From Octopus vulgaris (taxonomy: Eukaryota), in assembly GCA_951406725.2 (NCBI GenBank), contig OX597831.1, positions 31,992,001-32,056,000 of the forward strand: a DNA stretch of 64,000 nt. The letters run 5' to 3'. A model generated the notes under the pieces. It was not told where the DNA came from, did not search any database, and worked only from the letters and a program-made list of their open reading frames with translations. Every line of letters begins with the position of its first letter. Positions within the stretch are counted from its first letter, which is position 1. A program made the position numbers and the translations under genes. This document shows positions 50,588-64,000 of this stretch, one piece after another.

Positions 50588-51638
50588 TATATATCCACTT
50601 GTATACGATCTACACTTATTATAAATATATATATATATATATCAGCCTATATGTCAAATTTGACAATGATCCAGTAACTGCTGAAAAATAAATACATAAA
50701 CAAAAGTAAACATAAAACAAAAATAGAAAGGAAACTGAAGAGGAAGCTGCCTAAAGTTATCATGTCCATTCATTGGTGATCAATAAAGGTTATGAATTTC
50801 TGCACACACCATCTCTACAGGCAATGCATCTATGCCAAGGTTCCAGAGAATCCCAACTGCTTTTGCTTATACTACACCTTCTTCAGTGTGCTTGAAACTA
50901 TGGAAGGGGCAGTATTTCATTACTGTAGATGTGTAGAACATCTCAATTAAAACAACATTATTAATTGGGGGGAGGGGGTTGGCTCTGTCATCCGGGTACC
51001 ATGCAGTCTTACTTGCAAGACAAGGATGTTAGTTTAGTGCAAGGTTTATATTTTCAAAGCCAGAAAGAGCTGCATGCACAACAGATTCACTTTCTTTTTC
51101 TCACACAACATACCGAATAGCAAGATAAATTCTAGACAACTGAGCTTATAAGACAATGTAAGAGACTGCTGAAGAGACTGAAGGGACCTTTGGACTTCGG
51201 TATACCATGTAACTTGGTGTACGTCCAGAGTCATAAAACGTTATTCCAGATGTTTTCCCAGCATCATGGCTTCTAGTCTGGCATCATAGTATGCAGGCAA
51301 CTGCATTAATTGCTTCCACGGATATGCACAGCTGAAAACTTCAAAATTGTGGAGATGAAAGTCACTTATTTCTTCTATGCTTTATATAGACAAAATACAT
51401 ATACACACACGCAAACACACACATACATAGTCAATGTCAGTGCAATGAATTCAGTGTTTGTGAAAACATGCTCCACCTGTCCCCATGCGAATGACCCTAA
51501 CAGCCCATTATTTCCTTACTTATTTTATGATGCAAAAAATGGGTAAAAAAATAAATAAATAAATAAGAATGAATGAAACTAAACATAAAACAAACAAAAA
51601 TACTTTTTAAATATATAAAAGATATCAAATAACAAGAC

Positions 51639-51698
<60 letters not shown>

Positions 51699-52774
51699 TG
51701 ATACAAAACTGTACAACAAGATTAGTAGAGGTTTTGATGTTAATGAGTTGAAGTTAATATCAAAGTTTAAGGGTAGGATGTGGGTGGAATATGAAAACGA
51801 TAACATCTCAAAGGCAAGACATGTTAGTACATAAATGGTTGTGGTCCTGTTAGTTTGTCTCCTAAGGAAAGAGGGAGGACAGTGGGTAGCTTGGTGGACA
51901 CAATTGGATTTGATTTTGTTGTCGGAACAACATAACAGACCTACCGCCAACCAAGCAGTTAAATTTCTAGTTGCTTTCTTTGCTCCATGGCTGAGCTAAC
52001 ATTACCATTTGGAGTGCAAACGAATTAACTGAAAAAATTAAAATTAGTCAAAGATATATATATCATTCCGTCTGTAATAAACCAAACTACGTATATATAT
52101 GTGTGTGTATGTTTTATTTTTTTACAAATGGAAAGTTAAGGAAAAAAAGTGTATAGATATTAAAGAGTGTAATGTCTTCAATGACTTAATATCAGAAGTT
52201 ATGTGGTGAAAAACTGACAATTTAATCAACAGTTACTTTAGCTTTATTCATTATTTGCTCTATTTCTAGTATTGAGTATTCTATAATTGCTGTTTGTACA
52301 TTTGTAGACTGAATTTCATTTTTACACACACACTCAGAGGGTGTCTTCTAATGAGAGGAGATTTTAAATGTAAGTAGGACTGGGACAAGTATATTTTTTT
52401 AAGGAAAGTATTTTAATGGCGGTCATTATTCAAGAGGGTCTTAGTGATTAATTTGTCATGGGTAGTACACAATATCAGGTAGATTGCAGGTTAAGGTGAG
52501 AATAACTACACATTACTCCTATAGTTTATACAAATTTCAATATTTATTATCCAGAACATTTGTATTTACCTATGTACAACAATTGTTTGAATAAATCAAC
52601 ATAGGTGAGATAATAAATGTAATATTTAAAATTTTTTATTGTCTAAAATATTTTAGGTATTCATATGAAAATCATTAATGGTTATCAAAAACTGAATGAA
52701 TAGAAAAAGTGAGATCACTTTATCACAAAACTGACTGACAAAGTTCTGTGCAGCCCTTGAGGAGTTTAATATAC

Positions 52775-53412
52775 CAACTGGGAAGACCCGGCAAGTAAAG
52801 TGAGATCACAGCCATAGCCTATACCAGTGTCACATAACCAGCCCATTTTAAAAGTACCCTTGAGTTATAGAGCAGTATGCTGCACTTGAGAAAACCTATT
52901 GAGTCAAGTAAAATCAAAAATCAAAATCAAAAGCAAATCAAGATTGAAATCAAAATGGAAATTGTAGCTGTGGCCAATGCCAGTGCCGCCTGACTGGCAC
53001 CCATGCTGGTGACACGTAATAAGCACCATTCAAGTGTGGGTCAATGCCAGTGCCGCCTAACTGGCATGTAATAAGCACCATTCAAACGTGAGTTGATGCC
53101 AGTGTTGCCTGACTGGCACCTATGCTAGTGACACGAAAAAAGCACCATTCAAGCATGGGTCAATGCCAGTGCTGCCTGACTGGCTCCACGTGCCAGTGAC
53201 ATGTAAAAAGCACCATCCGAATATAGTTGATGCCAGTGCCTCCTAACTGGCTCCTGTGCCATTGGCACATAAAAAGCACCTATTACACTCTTGGAGTGGT
53301 TGGCGTTAGGAAGGGCATCCAGCTGTAGAAACCTTGCCAGATCTGGCTTGCCAGTCCCCAGTTGAACTGTCCAACCCATGCCAGCATAGAAAATGGATGA
53401 TGATGATGATGA
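52775..53412 (+). mobile_element. RTE 3' UTR with five internal tandem units and (GAT)n tail
   Basis: Homologous to 6324-6860 in reverse; units start at 52978, 53045, 53097, 53164 and 53231. Confidence 0.85.
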
Positions 53413-54477
53413 TTTCATAACATCCTGTCAAGTTTCCAGAAATTTTGGTCAAACTAACTAGCAGCAAAGTCATAACATTTACTTTCAATTCATCATTGTT
53501 TGCTTGCAGATCAGCTGATCTGATTGACTGAAATATGTTCATAAAGTGTTAATACCTTTTATAGTGACATAGCTAGTTTCTTGTAGCTGGCTTTTACCTT
53601 TTATGGTCCTAAACTGGGGATCTGAGTAAGATGGTTTGAAACTGAGCAGATGCTTTGCTACTGTGTATACAAATTACAATAAGATTTGTCCCAGCACTGA
53701 AACACCCTGGTTATGTGTGCGTATGAGTTAGTGTGTGTGCCTGCACCTACAATATGAAGAATACAAGGGATTTAAGAGTGAAAGATGTTATAACCCATTC
53801 TTTGTTGGTTGGACATCCACATTAACTATTTAAGGGCAAACCTATATCTTTGAATGGAGCCTACATGTGTTAGAAGTCATTGTCTAATCCTGAGCTACAT
53901 CAGCCTAGATATGCTTCATGTTGAGTTTATCCAGTTACTTATTAATCATTATAAAGTAAGTTAGGGTCACAGAGAAAGGGAAAAGCCCCAGTTTTGATGT
54001 GTTGAGTTTTATATACCGATACAATATTGAAAATGGGTGTGTGATGAACATCACAACATCAATTGTAAGGTTGATTAAATGCTATTGGTGGAAGTGAGGG
54101 TGAAGCAGGTAATCCTACTGGTAGTAATTATTTTTGAGGTTAGTGACGAAATTAATAATGCTGGAGGTGACGGTGATGGTGAGGGTGATGTTCACTGTGT
54201 TTATAAGGGAGTTAGGGTTTAAGTTGAATTATTGGTGAGGGTTTAAAGAAACACTGAATTTGGATTGGAAATATTTGCAATTCTCTCTCTTTTTTTTTTT
54301 TAGTTTTTTTTTTGTTTTTATTTTACAAACCTTCGCTGGATGCTAAAATATTAAAATGAGAAATAAAGAAAGAATATTTTAAATGGAAGTTAAAATATGT
54401 CACAGACATAAATTACATGAGACTATATGCATGCACATATATATATATTGTCCACATAGTGGATTCTCTCTCATATT

Positions 54478-54525
<48 letters not shown>

Positions 54526-54560
54526 TAAATATATATATATATATATAAATAAATATATAT

Positions 54561-54595
<35 letters not shown>

Positions 54596-55744
54596 CATAC
54601 ATACATACACACATTGTAGGTATGTATGTGTGTGTGTATATATATATTCATACACACATTGTATGTATATATATATATATATATATTGGTCTTTATTTAG
54701 AATGATGATTAGTTGGGTATACTGCTTCATGTCTTTATTTATTCTTTACTCTATTAGAATATTCTTCATTATATTATAATGACAGTTTTATAAAACATTT
54801 TATCAAACAAATGATTTCATGAAAGGCGATTTTATAAAACAGTTTTATGAAACAAAAAATTTGAAAACATAAGGTTTATATATATATATATATATATAAT
54901 GATAGCTGTAATTTTACAAGGTTTTTTCAAACATGAATTATGAAGTATATAATTATGTAATACATAGATTTTAAAGATATAATTTAATAACACATGTAGA
55001 TTGATAATATAATATTTAAGTTTACAATGTAAGTTTTATAAATTTGAACAAGTAAAGATTATTGTTTTGTGAGATTAAGGAACTGGAATCTGATACCAAA
55101 CAAGGCAGAAAATAAAAGAAGTAAGAAGAAACAAAAGCCAGGAAAAGACAAAGAAAACCTAATTAATTGCTGTTTCTGTTTACCTGATATAATAAACATT
55201 ATTACACATACATATTGAAAATAATTATACATATTGGACATTATAACACACACATATCGGACATTGTTATACACATATATTGAACATCATTGCATATATA
55301 TTGAATGTTATCACACATATTGGACACAGAAAATGTGGGAGACATATGACCTATGTGTCTACGATAAGTTTGAGAGAAAAACAAATATGTCCCACAGGAT
55401 CCTTTGCCAGAGAGGAACAATTCTTGCTGATGCTAACCATCATTAGCCAACCAATTCTCCTAACTGCCCTTCTACCCATATTACTCTTGTAGATATCTGA
55501 AGATGTTTTGCCTGAATATGAACCATATGATTTCTTCACAGTCTAGAAGGGCCTGCATATGTTTGAGCACTGTTTATTTTCCTCCAAAATTACTAATATT
55601 AAAACATAACAACGGTGGTGCCCCAACATGGCCATAACCTACTAGATGAATCTAATAAACAACACTCAGCAAAATCGGTTGCTGAACTCAGAGTAAGTCA
55701 CTGGAATGTATGATATCTTCGCAAACACACCTATATTCTTTTAT

Positions 55745-55950
55745 TTTTTACTTGTTTCAGGCCAAGCTGGGGCACAGCCTTGACAAATTTTAGTCAAACA
55801 AATCACCCCAGTACTTTTCTTTTTTACAAGCCTGGTACATATTCTATCAGTTTCTTTTGTCAAACCATTAAGTTACAGGGATGTAAACACACCAACAGTA
55901 GTGGGAGGCAAACATAAAAACACACATATATGTATATGTGTGTGTGAGTG

Positions 55951-55992
<42 letters not shown>

Positions 55993-55995
55993 CAT

Positions 55996-56029
<34 letters not shown>

Positions 56030-56192
56030 GAAAGGTTTCTTTCAGTTTCCACCTACCGAATCCACTCACAAGGCTTTAGTCAGTCCAAGGCTATAGTTGA
56101 AAGCACTTGCTGAATGTGCTATGCAGTGGGACTGAACCCAGAACCATGTGGTTGGGAAGCTAACTTCTTACCACACAGCCATGCCTGCACCT
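55745..56192 (-). mobile_element. CORE-like tRNA SINE family B with expanded internal microsatellite
   Basis: Matches the other family B copies. Confidence 0.85.
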
Positions 56193-57888
56193 ATATATAC
56201 ACATTAATTATCTTAACTTTAAGGAATTTTTGTTTCTAATTAATGTAATGAATAATAATTATAATAAGGTCTCTACTCTGAGTAATGTGGAAACAGGACG
56301 GAAATAAGGTCAGTTTCTCAGTGAATTAGGAAAAGATTGATTCAATTGATTAGATAGTATAATAATGGCAATTGCTATAATAACTGTCTTCTTGCTTCCA
56401 AAATATGGGACTTAAATCATGGTTTCATGCTCTTAAGACATGAGATGACCATAATATTCTGACCAAATGAGAGAATTTGATTAATAACCAATGCCATTTG
56501 ACTGCAAGAGAGGATATAGTGTGTTGTTACGCCTGGCTTAAGTATGGAATATCAGTGGTGCAGTATTTCTTGCTGAGGATAGAGACTGATTGCATATCTC
56601 AGAGAGTCTTCTACAACAAAGGCTTCTATGGGGTCACTTAACATAGTAGAAATAGCAGCTATATTTCCCTAAAATCCCACCCTACTATCTCAAAAGTAAA
56701 AGGAGGAAAAGGCATGATGGTCACGGCTGGAACACCTTAAATCATAGGTCTACAAAATTAGAGGTGACTTCAGGGCTAAACAACAACAACAATAGCAATT
56801 TTGCAAAGTTTTAGATTCCATCAGAAGGTGTGGAATGGTTGTAATGAGAAATCTTTAAATGTTTCTGATGAAGTTTGAAGAATTATAAAAGAGAGAGAAA
56901 ATTCCTTTAGAGAAACAAAAACAAAAACAAAAAAAAAACTTGGTTTCAGTTCTGTTAATGCCTTTCTAAAAGACCTTTGATCTTTATTGATCGGAAATTC
57001 CCTTTTTAGAATTTTGACGGAGGTTCCATCTAGAATTCAAAAGTTAAAAAAAAAAAAAAAAAAGAATAACCTGGAATAAGAAAAGAATTCTTCCAATTTT
57101 CATCATTCTATTTCATAGAATTAAGCAGGGAACAAATGAATATTTTGTTTTTATCTTGGGAGGATCATTATGCCAGTAATAAAACACACACTAAGTTCTA
57201 TTTCACTTCTTTTATTATTATTAGTCAATTAATTAACATTTAACCAATTAATTAACTGATTGTTTGATCAATCATTTAGTCAATCAATCAATCAATCAGT
57301 TGGGCTTATGAAAGATTTTTCCTCACCATTTGTGATCTCATCAATGACAAGGCTAAAGATATTGTAATATAAGAGATAAAAGGAGGAAAAAGTCATGAAG
57401 AAGTGTGCAAAGGAATTTTTCTGTAAAAAATAGCTATTTTTGATTATTTAAGTTATACTAGTTAAGTAAGTAACTTAATCCACGACCGTGTGTTTAAGCC
57501 AAAGCACCTACACTGGCATGGAGTTATTTTAATCATTGCTAAACATATGTTTTTAGAAGGTTAAAATGTCTCTTCTACAATGTAATTTGGTCCATATTTG
57601 ATAAAAAGTTCCAAAAATGGTAAACAGGCAAAGGAAATGGATGCTGTGAAAGAATTGGAACAAAAGGCAAAGCAGATTTATTGAGGTTTCTAGCCAGTTA
57701 CCAATGCCAGCCAGTCTAATAGCAGATGGTGTTGTAGCCGTTATCGCAAAATAAGGAAATTCAAAAGAATTTCTTATGAAAACAAGCAAGACCTTCAAGT
57801 TTTACAAAACAACAGAGAAAAATTCACAAAATCATTAAAAACAATGTGTTTATATGTATGTGTGTGTATGTGTGTGTATATATGCATA

Positions 57889-57923
<35 letters not shown>

Positions 57924-58028
57924 ATTATTTGAGGGAATATTAATCCAGACTTACAGGGAAAAAAATTCAATTTAGAAATACTAAATCAAATTTCACAAAA
58001 TATAATATATATATATATATATATATAT

Positions 58029-58113
58029 AAAATAAGAAAAAAACACCTTTTATCAATTCAAAATGGTGTAATTTAATTGTTCATTTTGAATTGATAAAAG
58101 ATATTTTTTTCTA

Positions 58114-58118
<5 letters not shown>
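58029..58118. repeat. Short inverted repeat within (TA)n
   Basis: CTTTTATCAATTCAAAATG pairs with CATTTTGAATTGATAAAAG. Confidence 0.8.
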
Positions 58119-58186
<68 letters not shown>

Positions 58187-58310
58187 CATATCTATGTATA
58201 TACATATATATCTATATCAATATATTAATTTTTTATATATACATACACACACACATACAAAAATATATATACATACATATATGCATACACATATGTATAT
58301 AGGTGTGTGT

Positions 58311-58368
<58 letters not shown>

Positions 58369-58731
58369 GTGTATGTATATGCATGTGGGTGAATGAATAG
58401 AGATGAAATTTCAGGCAAGAATTAACAAGTATTGGTAAATCACAACAGGCAGTGAGAAACAGAAATGAGGAAAAGAGAAGAAAATATTGGAAGAGACAAT
58501 CGGAATAAAAGAAACATGCCATGCAATAAAGAGGATAAGAAGAAGGTAAAAAAAAAGACAGTGGTGGGGTAGCGAGGTAGGGGTGCGGTGTGGGGGGGGG
58601 GGGTATTTATTCAGTCAAATTTACTGTTAACTACTACAAGTGCAGGTACATATAGCATCATTTCCATTTGATAGCCACTTTTCCATGCTTGCATTGGCCA
58701 CATAGAAGTCCAGGCAGATTTTCTACATACA

Positions 58732-58795
<64 letters not shown>

Positions 58796-60070
58796 TATGT
58801 ATGCCCATATACACACACACACATATATATATATATGTAAATATGCATATACACTTTCATACATACATACATATGTATATATGTATGTATGAAAGTGTGT
58901 ATACACGCACACACACACAAACATATATATGTGTGTGTATGTATGGTGAGATAAAGAGAGATAACATACTTGAACCATGGTTTTATTTAATCATTTAAAC
59001 TGGAGGTGGCCAAGTGGCAGAGTCATTAGAATTGGATAGAATGTTTGGCAGTAAGCATTCCGGCTCTTTATGCCTCAAGTTCAAATCATGCCAAAGTCAA
59101 TTTTGGTTTTTATTCTTCCAGAATTGATATATAAAGTACCAATCCTGAACCCATGAATCTCTGTTCTTCTCCTTCCTAAATTCTTTCTTTCTGTTTGTTT
59201 GCCAGTCTCACCTTCCAGAAGAAATTAACTGTGGTTAGATCTGGAGAGGGAAGGCACAAAACTGGTCTAAAAGGACACCCAAGACACATCTCGTGTTGTG
59301 ATGATACTGCTACGATTCCATCAAGGAGTTAAAAACCATTAGCATGGTATGACAACATGTATGATCAATCAAAGAGCTGATCCAATGAAACCATGGTTTG
59401 CAATATGTAATCCCTGTTTATTTCACATAAATTAAAATATATATTTAGATTCTACACACTTCCAACATGAAGCTTTATTCAGCACATTTATGTTATTTGT
59501 ACGCGCCACAAAAACTATAAATATATATCTGTGAACAGTGAGAAATCATCATCATCATTATCAATATCACCATTATCATTATCATCATCATCATCATCAT
59601 TGTTATTATTGATTATAATGTCCATTTTTCCATGTTGGAAAGGCTTTACCAGATTTTGAAAAATGGTTTAGGAATTTGTAATTGTTAAATTTTTCCACAA
59701 ATTGCAATGATTTACAAAGGTAAGATTTGAAGCATAAAATTAAGTGACCCTCCCGAAAACACAAAATGAAATTCTTACTATGGATGTGAACTCTTAACCT
59801 TTGGGTTTATTATATTGAAATACTTTATCCACTCACCTATTTGATATATCTAAGATTTGACGATATCTACACAGAATGTTAGTTTTATTTATAATCAAGC
59901 GGCTTATGTTGACTGAGTGTAGGAACCACTCAAGCATAAAAAGAGCAAACCAAATCAAGATACTTTGAACACATGCATTTTTGCATTCACATTCATGCAG
60001 TACACACATATTCTTAATTTCAGCATGTTATAAAGTGACAGACAGACACAAATATACCCACCCATTCATG

Positions 60071-60175
<105 letters not shown>

Positions 60176-60330
60176 CTATGTGTATATAATCATTTCATGA
60201 AGTTGATACCTTAGGTTTCATATTAGATATATACATATATATACATATATATATATACACCGGAGTAAACACATAAATGTGAAACAAGGTGGAAAAAAGA
60301 GTACTCAAATACCAGGAGTAGAGTAATATG

Positions 60331-60501
60331 CTTTATTTAAAAGAAGCAGAAATTCAACAAAACCTGTTACTCTGAGTTTCACGTTCCCGTTCGTCGGACA
60401 GTTTTTGTTAAAAAAAAAACAAAAGAAAAACTGTCCGACGAATGGGAATGTGAAACTCAGAGTAACAGGTTTTGTTGAATTTCTGCTGCTTTTAAATAAA
60501 G
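60331..60501. mobile_element. Fold-back (76-bp arms) of a Penelope-like unit with variant hammerhead
   Basis: 60331-60406 pairs with 60426-60501; CTGT-CCGACGA-A(C/T)GGGAA(C/T)GT-GAAA-CTCAGAG-TA-ACAG. Confidence 0.85.
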
Positions 60502-60932
60502 TATATATATATATATTGATATATACTGGCAATAATTTTCAGCCAAAATAAAATAGTTATAGAGATATCAGTTTCATAAAACAATTGTTGAATCATTTAC
60601 ACTCAGCCATCTTGGCAATGAGCGCTCCTTCAGTTCATCATATCAATACATATGCATACATATAATACATATTTTTGTTTGTTAATGATATACTTTTACA
60701 GTTAAAATTTCACTTCAACTGCTTGTCTTTTTCCCAAAGCCAATCTTTGGCAAGGAAAGTGCCAATATTTGGTAAAATGACTAAGAGCTGAAACAGAATT
60801 TTGATTCTGTAAACTGATCATTGATAAACAAACAAATTTAATTCTAATACCTGAAGTACTGAGTACTTCATTTAGTATGTGAGAAACCTTATTACAAACA
60901 CACTCACATAAAATACTTACAAATCTGCATAC

Positions 60933-60980
<48 letters not shown>

Positions 60981-61010
60981 ATATATATATATACATATAT
61001 ATACATATAC

Positions 61011-61045
<35 letters not shown>

Positions 61046-61099
61046 TACATACATAAGCACACACATATATATCTATATGCACATACTCACAACACAGAA

Positions 61100-61133
<34 letters not shown>

Positions 61134-61951
61134 TATACACATGCATGCACATACACACACACATGTACATGCATTAATATGTACATAGATACACTTGTGC
61201 ATGCAGTTTGTGTTTGAGGGTAATAAGTACAGTTGGCTGCATTCAAACCATGTCTAAACTAAACTGCAGGAGTGACCGACAATTAATTAGACAATAATTA
61301 GTTGGACAACAATTAAATGCTTCTTCCATATTTAAGATGATTATTATTATTATTAATAATTTTTTCTGTTAAATTTGTTCTTAAATTAAATTCTTCTTAA
61401 ATCAGAAGACATTCTCTTCTTGCTATTATTTCTAGCACCCTCCTAGTCCACCCTGTCCTAAAATGTTCTCCACACAAACCACTCTGAGTATTAATTAAAG
61501 TATTAATTAAAGTAAAATAATTTAGATAAAGATAAAAGAAGAAGCCAATAAAAAAAAAAGATTAAAAAAATGAAACCAAAAAAAAAAGAGAGAGAGAAAC
61601 AAAAGGACAGATCAGTATATAGTGCATACTTCAACGTATATGACCGCTTGAAGCTTGGTGATTTTTGTCCAAGATTGTTATCTCAAGATCGGCACAATCT
61701 GTACTTGCGCACTGAAATGTCAAGTACAACAGTTATATATATACTTATGTCAGTTAGAGAGAGGTTGAGAGGGAATGTTGTGTAGAAGTGCAATAATAAT
61801 AATAATGGTAATAATAATAATAATGATAACAGTAACAATAACAATAATAGTTATGGTGATGATGATAATGATGATAATGATTATTATGATGGTGTTAATA
61901 ATAACAATCGTTTCGTTTAATTACCACACAGACAAACACAGAAAGATAACA

Positions 61952-62412
61952 TTAACCCTTTCAATACCAAAGCTGCCTAAGACTGCTCCTCCCTTTATGA
62001 TAAAAATTTGCTGTTTTCAAGTAATTTAAATCAAAAGCCTCCATCAAAATTTCATATTATTTAATATTCCAAACACCAGCTTAATAATGGTCTCAAATTT
62101 TGGCATAAGGCCAGCAATTTCAAGGGAGGGGTTAAATTGATTACATTGACCCCAGTGTTCAACTGGTACTTATTTTATTGATCTAAAATGTATGAAAGGT
62201 AAAGTCAACCTCAGCAGAATTTGGACTCAGAATGTAGCAAGAGACTAAATATTGCTGAGCATTTTGCCCAGCGTGCTAACGATTCTGCCAGTTCACTGCC
62301 TAAAACACAATCTTAATAATGACAAAGCTATTTTGCTAAATTCTTCAATAGGTCAAACTACTTGAAACAGATGTAGTGTTTTTTGATGAAAATATGGCAA
62401 CAAAAGGGTTAA
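61952..62412. mobile_element. piggyBac-like MITE interrupted by a family A SINE (about 62090-62302, minus)
   Basis: TTAA-CCCTTT ... AAAGGG-TTAA termini; SINE flanked by AAACACCAGCTTAATAATG and AAACACAATCTTAATAATG. Confidence 0.8.
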
Positions 62413-62784
62413 TATTACAATGACAAATCCTTTGTATATAATACAATAGTTTACAAATAAACACACAGAAAGTAAAGGTGCAATATTATACAGGTGTAGG
62501 TCTGCAGTTAAGAAGTTCGCTTCACAACCACATGGTTCCAGGTTCAATCCCTATGTAAATCATCTCGAGAAAGTGTCGTTTTCAGCAACTTTGGCTTGAC
62601 TTATGTTATGTGAGTGAAATTAAAGCAAATGGAAACTGTGCAGAAGCATGCTGTATTTTATATCCAGGACGCTCCATGTCTGAGGGGAACAAACTTTAGT
62701 AGGCAACAAATGAAAGACTATCCAATATAATGCCAAAGTTACGTTCTCATATCTCTTCCAAATGTACTAACAGTATTAACAAGA

Positions 62785-63185
62785 CGTAGGAGTGGCTGTG
62801 TAGTAAGAACTCTGCTTCTCAACCACATGGTTCTGGGTTCAGTCCCATAGTGTGACACATTGGGCAAGTGTCTTCTACTACAGCCTTGAGCCAACCAAAG
62901 CCTTGTGAGTGGATTTAGTAGATGGAAACTGAAAAAATCTCATTGTACGCACACACACATATATATAGGTGTGTGTGTCTGTGTTTATCCACCCCCACCA
63001 GTTGACAACCAGTGTTGGTGAGTTTACATCCCTGTAACTTAGTGCTCTGGCAACAAAGACTAATAGAATTAAGTATTAGGCTTAAAAAATAACACTACTG
63101 AGATTGATTCATTCAACCAAAAATTAATCAAGGTGGTGCCCCAGCATGGCCATAGCCTAATGACTGAGATAAGTAAAAGACACAA
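62785..63185 (+). mobile_element. CORE-like tRNA SINE family B, full length
   Basis: GGAGTGGCTGTGTAGTAAG...GGGTTCAGTCCC...TTGGGCAAGTGTCTTC; a partial copy lies at 62490-62650. Confidence 0.88.
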
Positions 63186-64000
63186 AAGACAGCAGATTCT
63201 AATCAGGCACAGAAAATGAAATGTAACTGAGTCCTTCATGATAGGATCAAGAAAAAGCTGGAGGCCTCTACTTGAGATGTGTCATCTGTGACCAGGAGAA
63301 AGAAGCATTCTTAGTGGTCAGGTGCCTGTCAGGACAGCAGAGTTTGTCCAGCAGGGCCAGGACATCATCATCATCATCCTCATTGTTTTAATGTTTACTT
63401 TTCCATGCTTGCTTAAATCAGAGTTAGGTGAGCCAGATTTTCTAAGACTAGATGTCCTTCCAGTTCTAAGACTGGATGCCCTTCCTGCTGCCAACCTTCA
63501 CCTGTTCCCAAGTAAGGTACTTTTTCCTATGCCTTGACATATTTTCATGAAAATATTGGATATAAACACCACCGCATGAATGATTATGATGCTCATTTAT
63601 AAGGATTACACAATGTGAAAACACACATGTATGTGTCGTGTGTGTGTGTGTGTGTGTGTGTATACATATATACATACATACATACATACATATTGAATTT
63701 ACACAGTTGACAACCTAAACTTTGGGCACAATCATAACTTTTTCTCATATGACATTAATGCATGAATTTATACATACAAAACATAACCATTCAGCCACTG
63801 GATTACATACAAACAACTCCTGTCCACTCTACCACTTGGCAGATTAAATTTAGAGAGCCTTCATTGTTTGGAACTGTCACTGAACATGTTTACTCAACAA
63901 TGTTCACCTTAATTTTCAGTGCAAAAAATTTTGTCACATGACATTAATAGTTAAGCCTTTAAAAATAAACCATCCAAAAGACTCCAAGTGCATTTTCAAT

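Noticed and set aside
56862-56890. CTGATGA as a hammerhead (also at about 1470)
   Set aside because: No flanking helices and no properly placed GAAA
57702-57715. 14-nt minus-strand microexon
   Set aside because: Weak acceptor and donor; not supportable without reads

Overview
AT-rich, CpG-depleted eukaryotic (animal) DNA dense in (TA)n, (CA)n, (AAT)n and (GAT)n microsatellites. The repeat families look like those of an octopus or other coleoid cephalopod (inference from SINE/LINE types; no database search was run). No complete gene is present, and almost all ORFs in the supplied track are microsatellite artefacts. The window holds tRNA-derived SINEs, truncated LINEs (RTE, Dong/R4, CR1), a decayed Tc1/mariner and piggyBac-like MITEs. 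Two signals stand out. (1) About 15 intact or decayed hammerhead-ribozyme motifs sit in several distinct Penelope-like or retrozyme-like short elements, many arranged as fold-back inverted repeats. One family joins a tRNA-like head to the hammerhead, and one has a variant CCGACGA core. (2) A probable minus-strand terminal coding exon (46813-46671) ends in a PDZ-binding motif (EETTV*). It is surrounded by many other minus-strand acceptor-plus-short-ORF blocks that may form an array of alternative last exons of one large unidentified gene. Repeat boundaries are approximate (about 10-20 bp).
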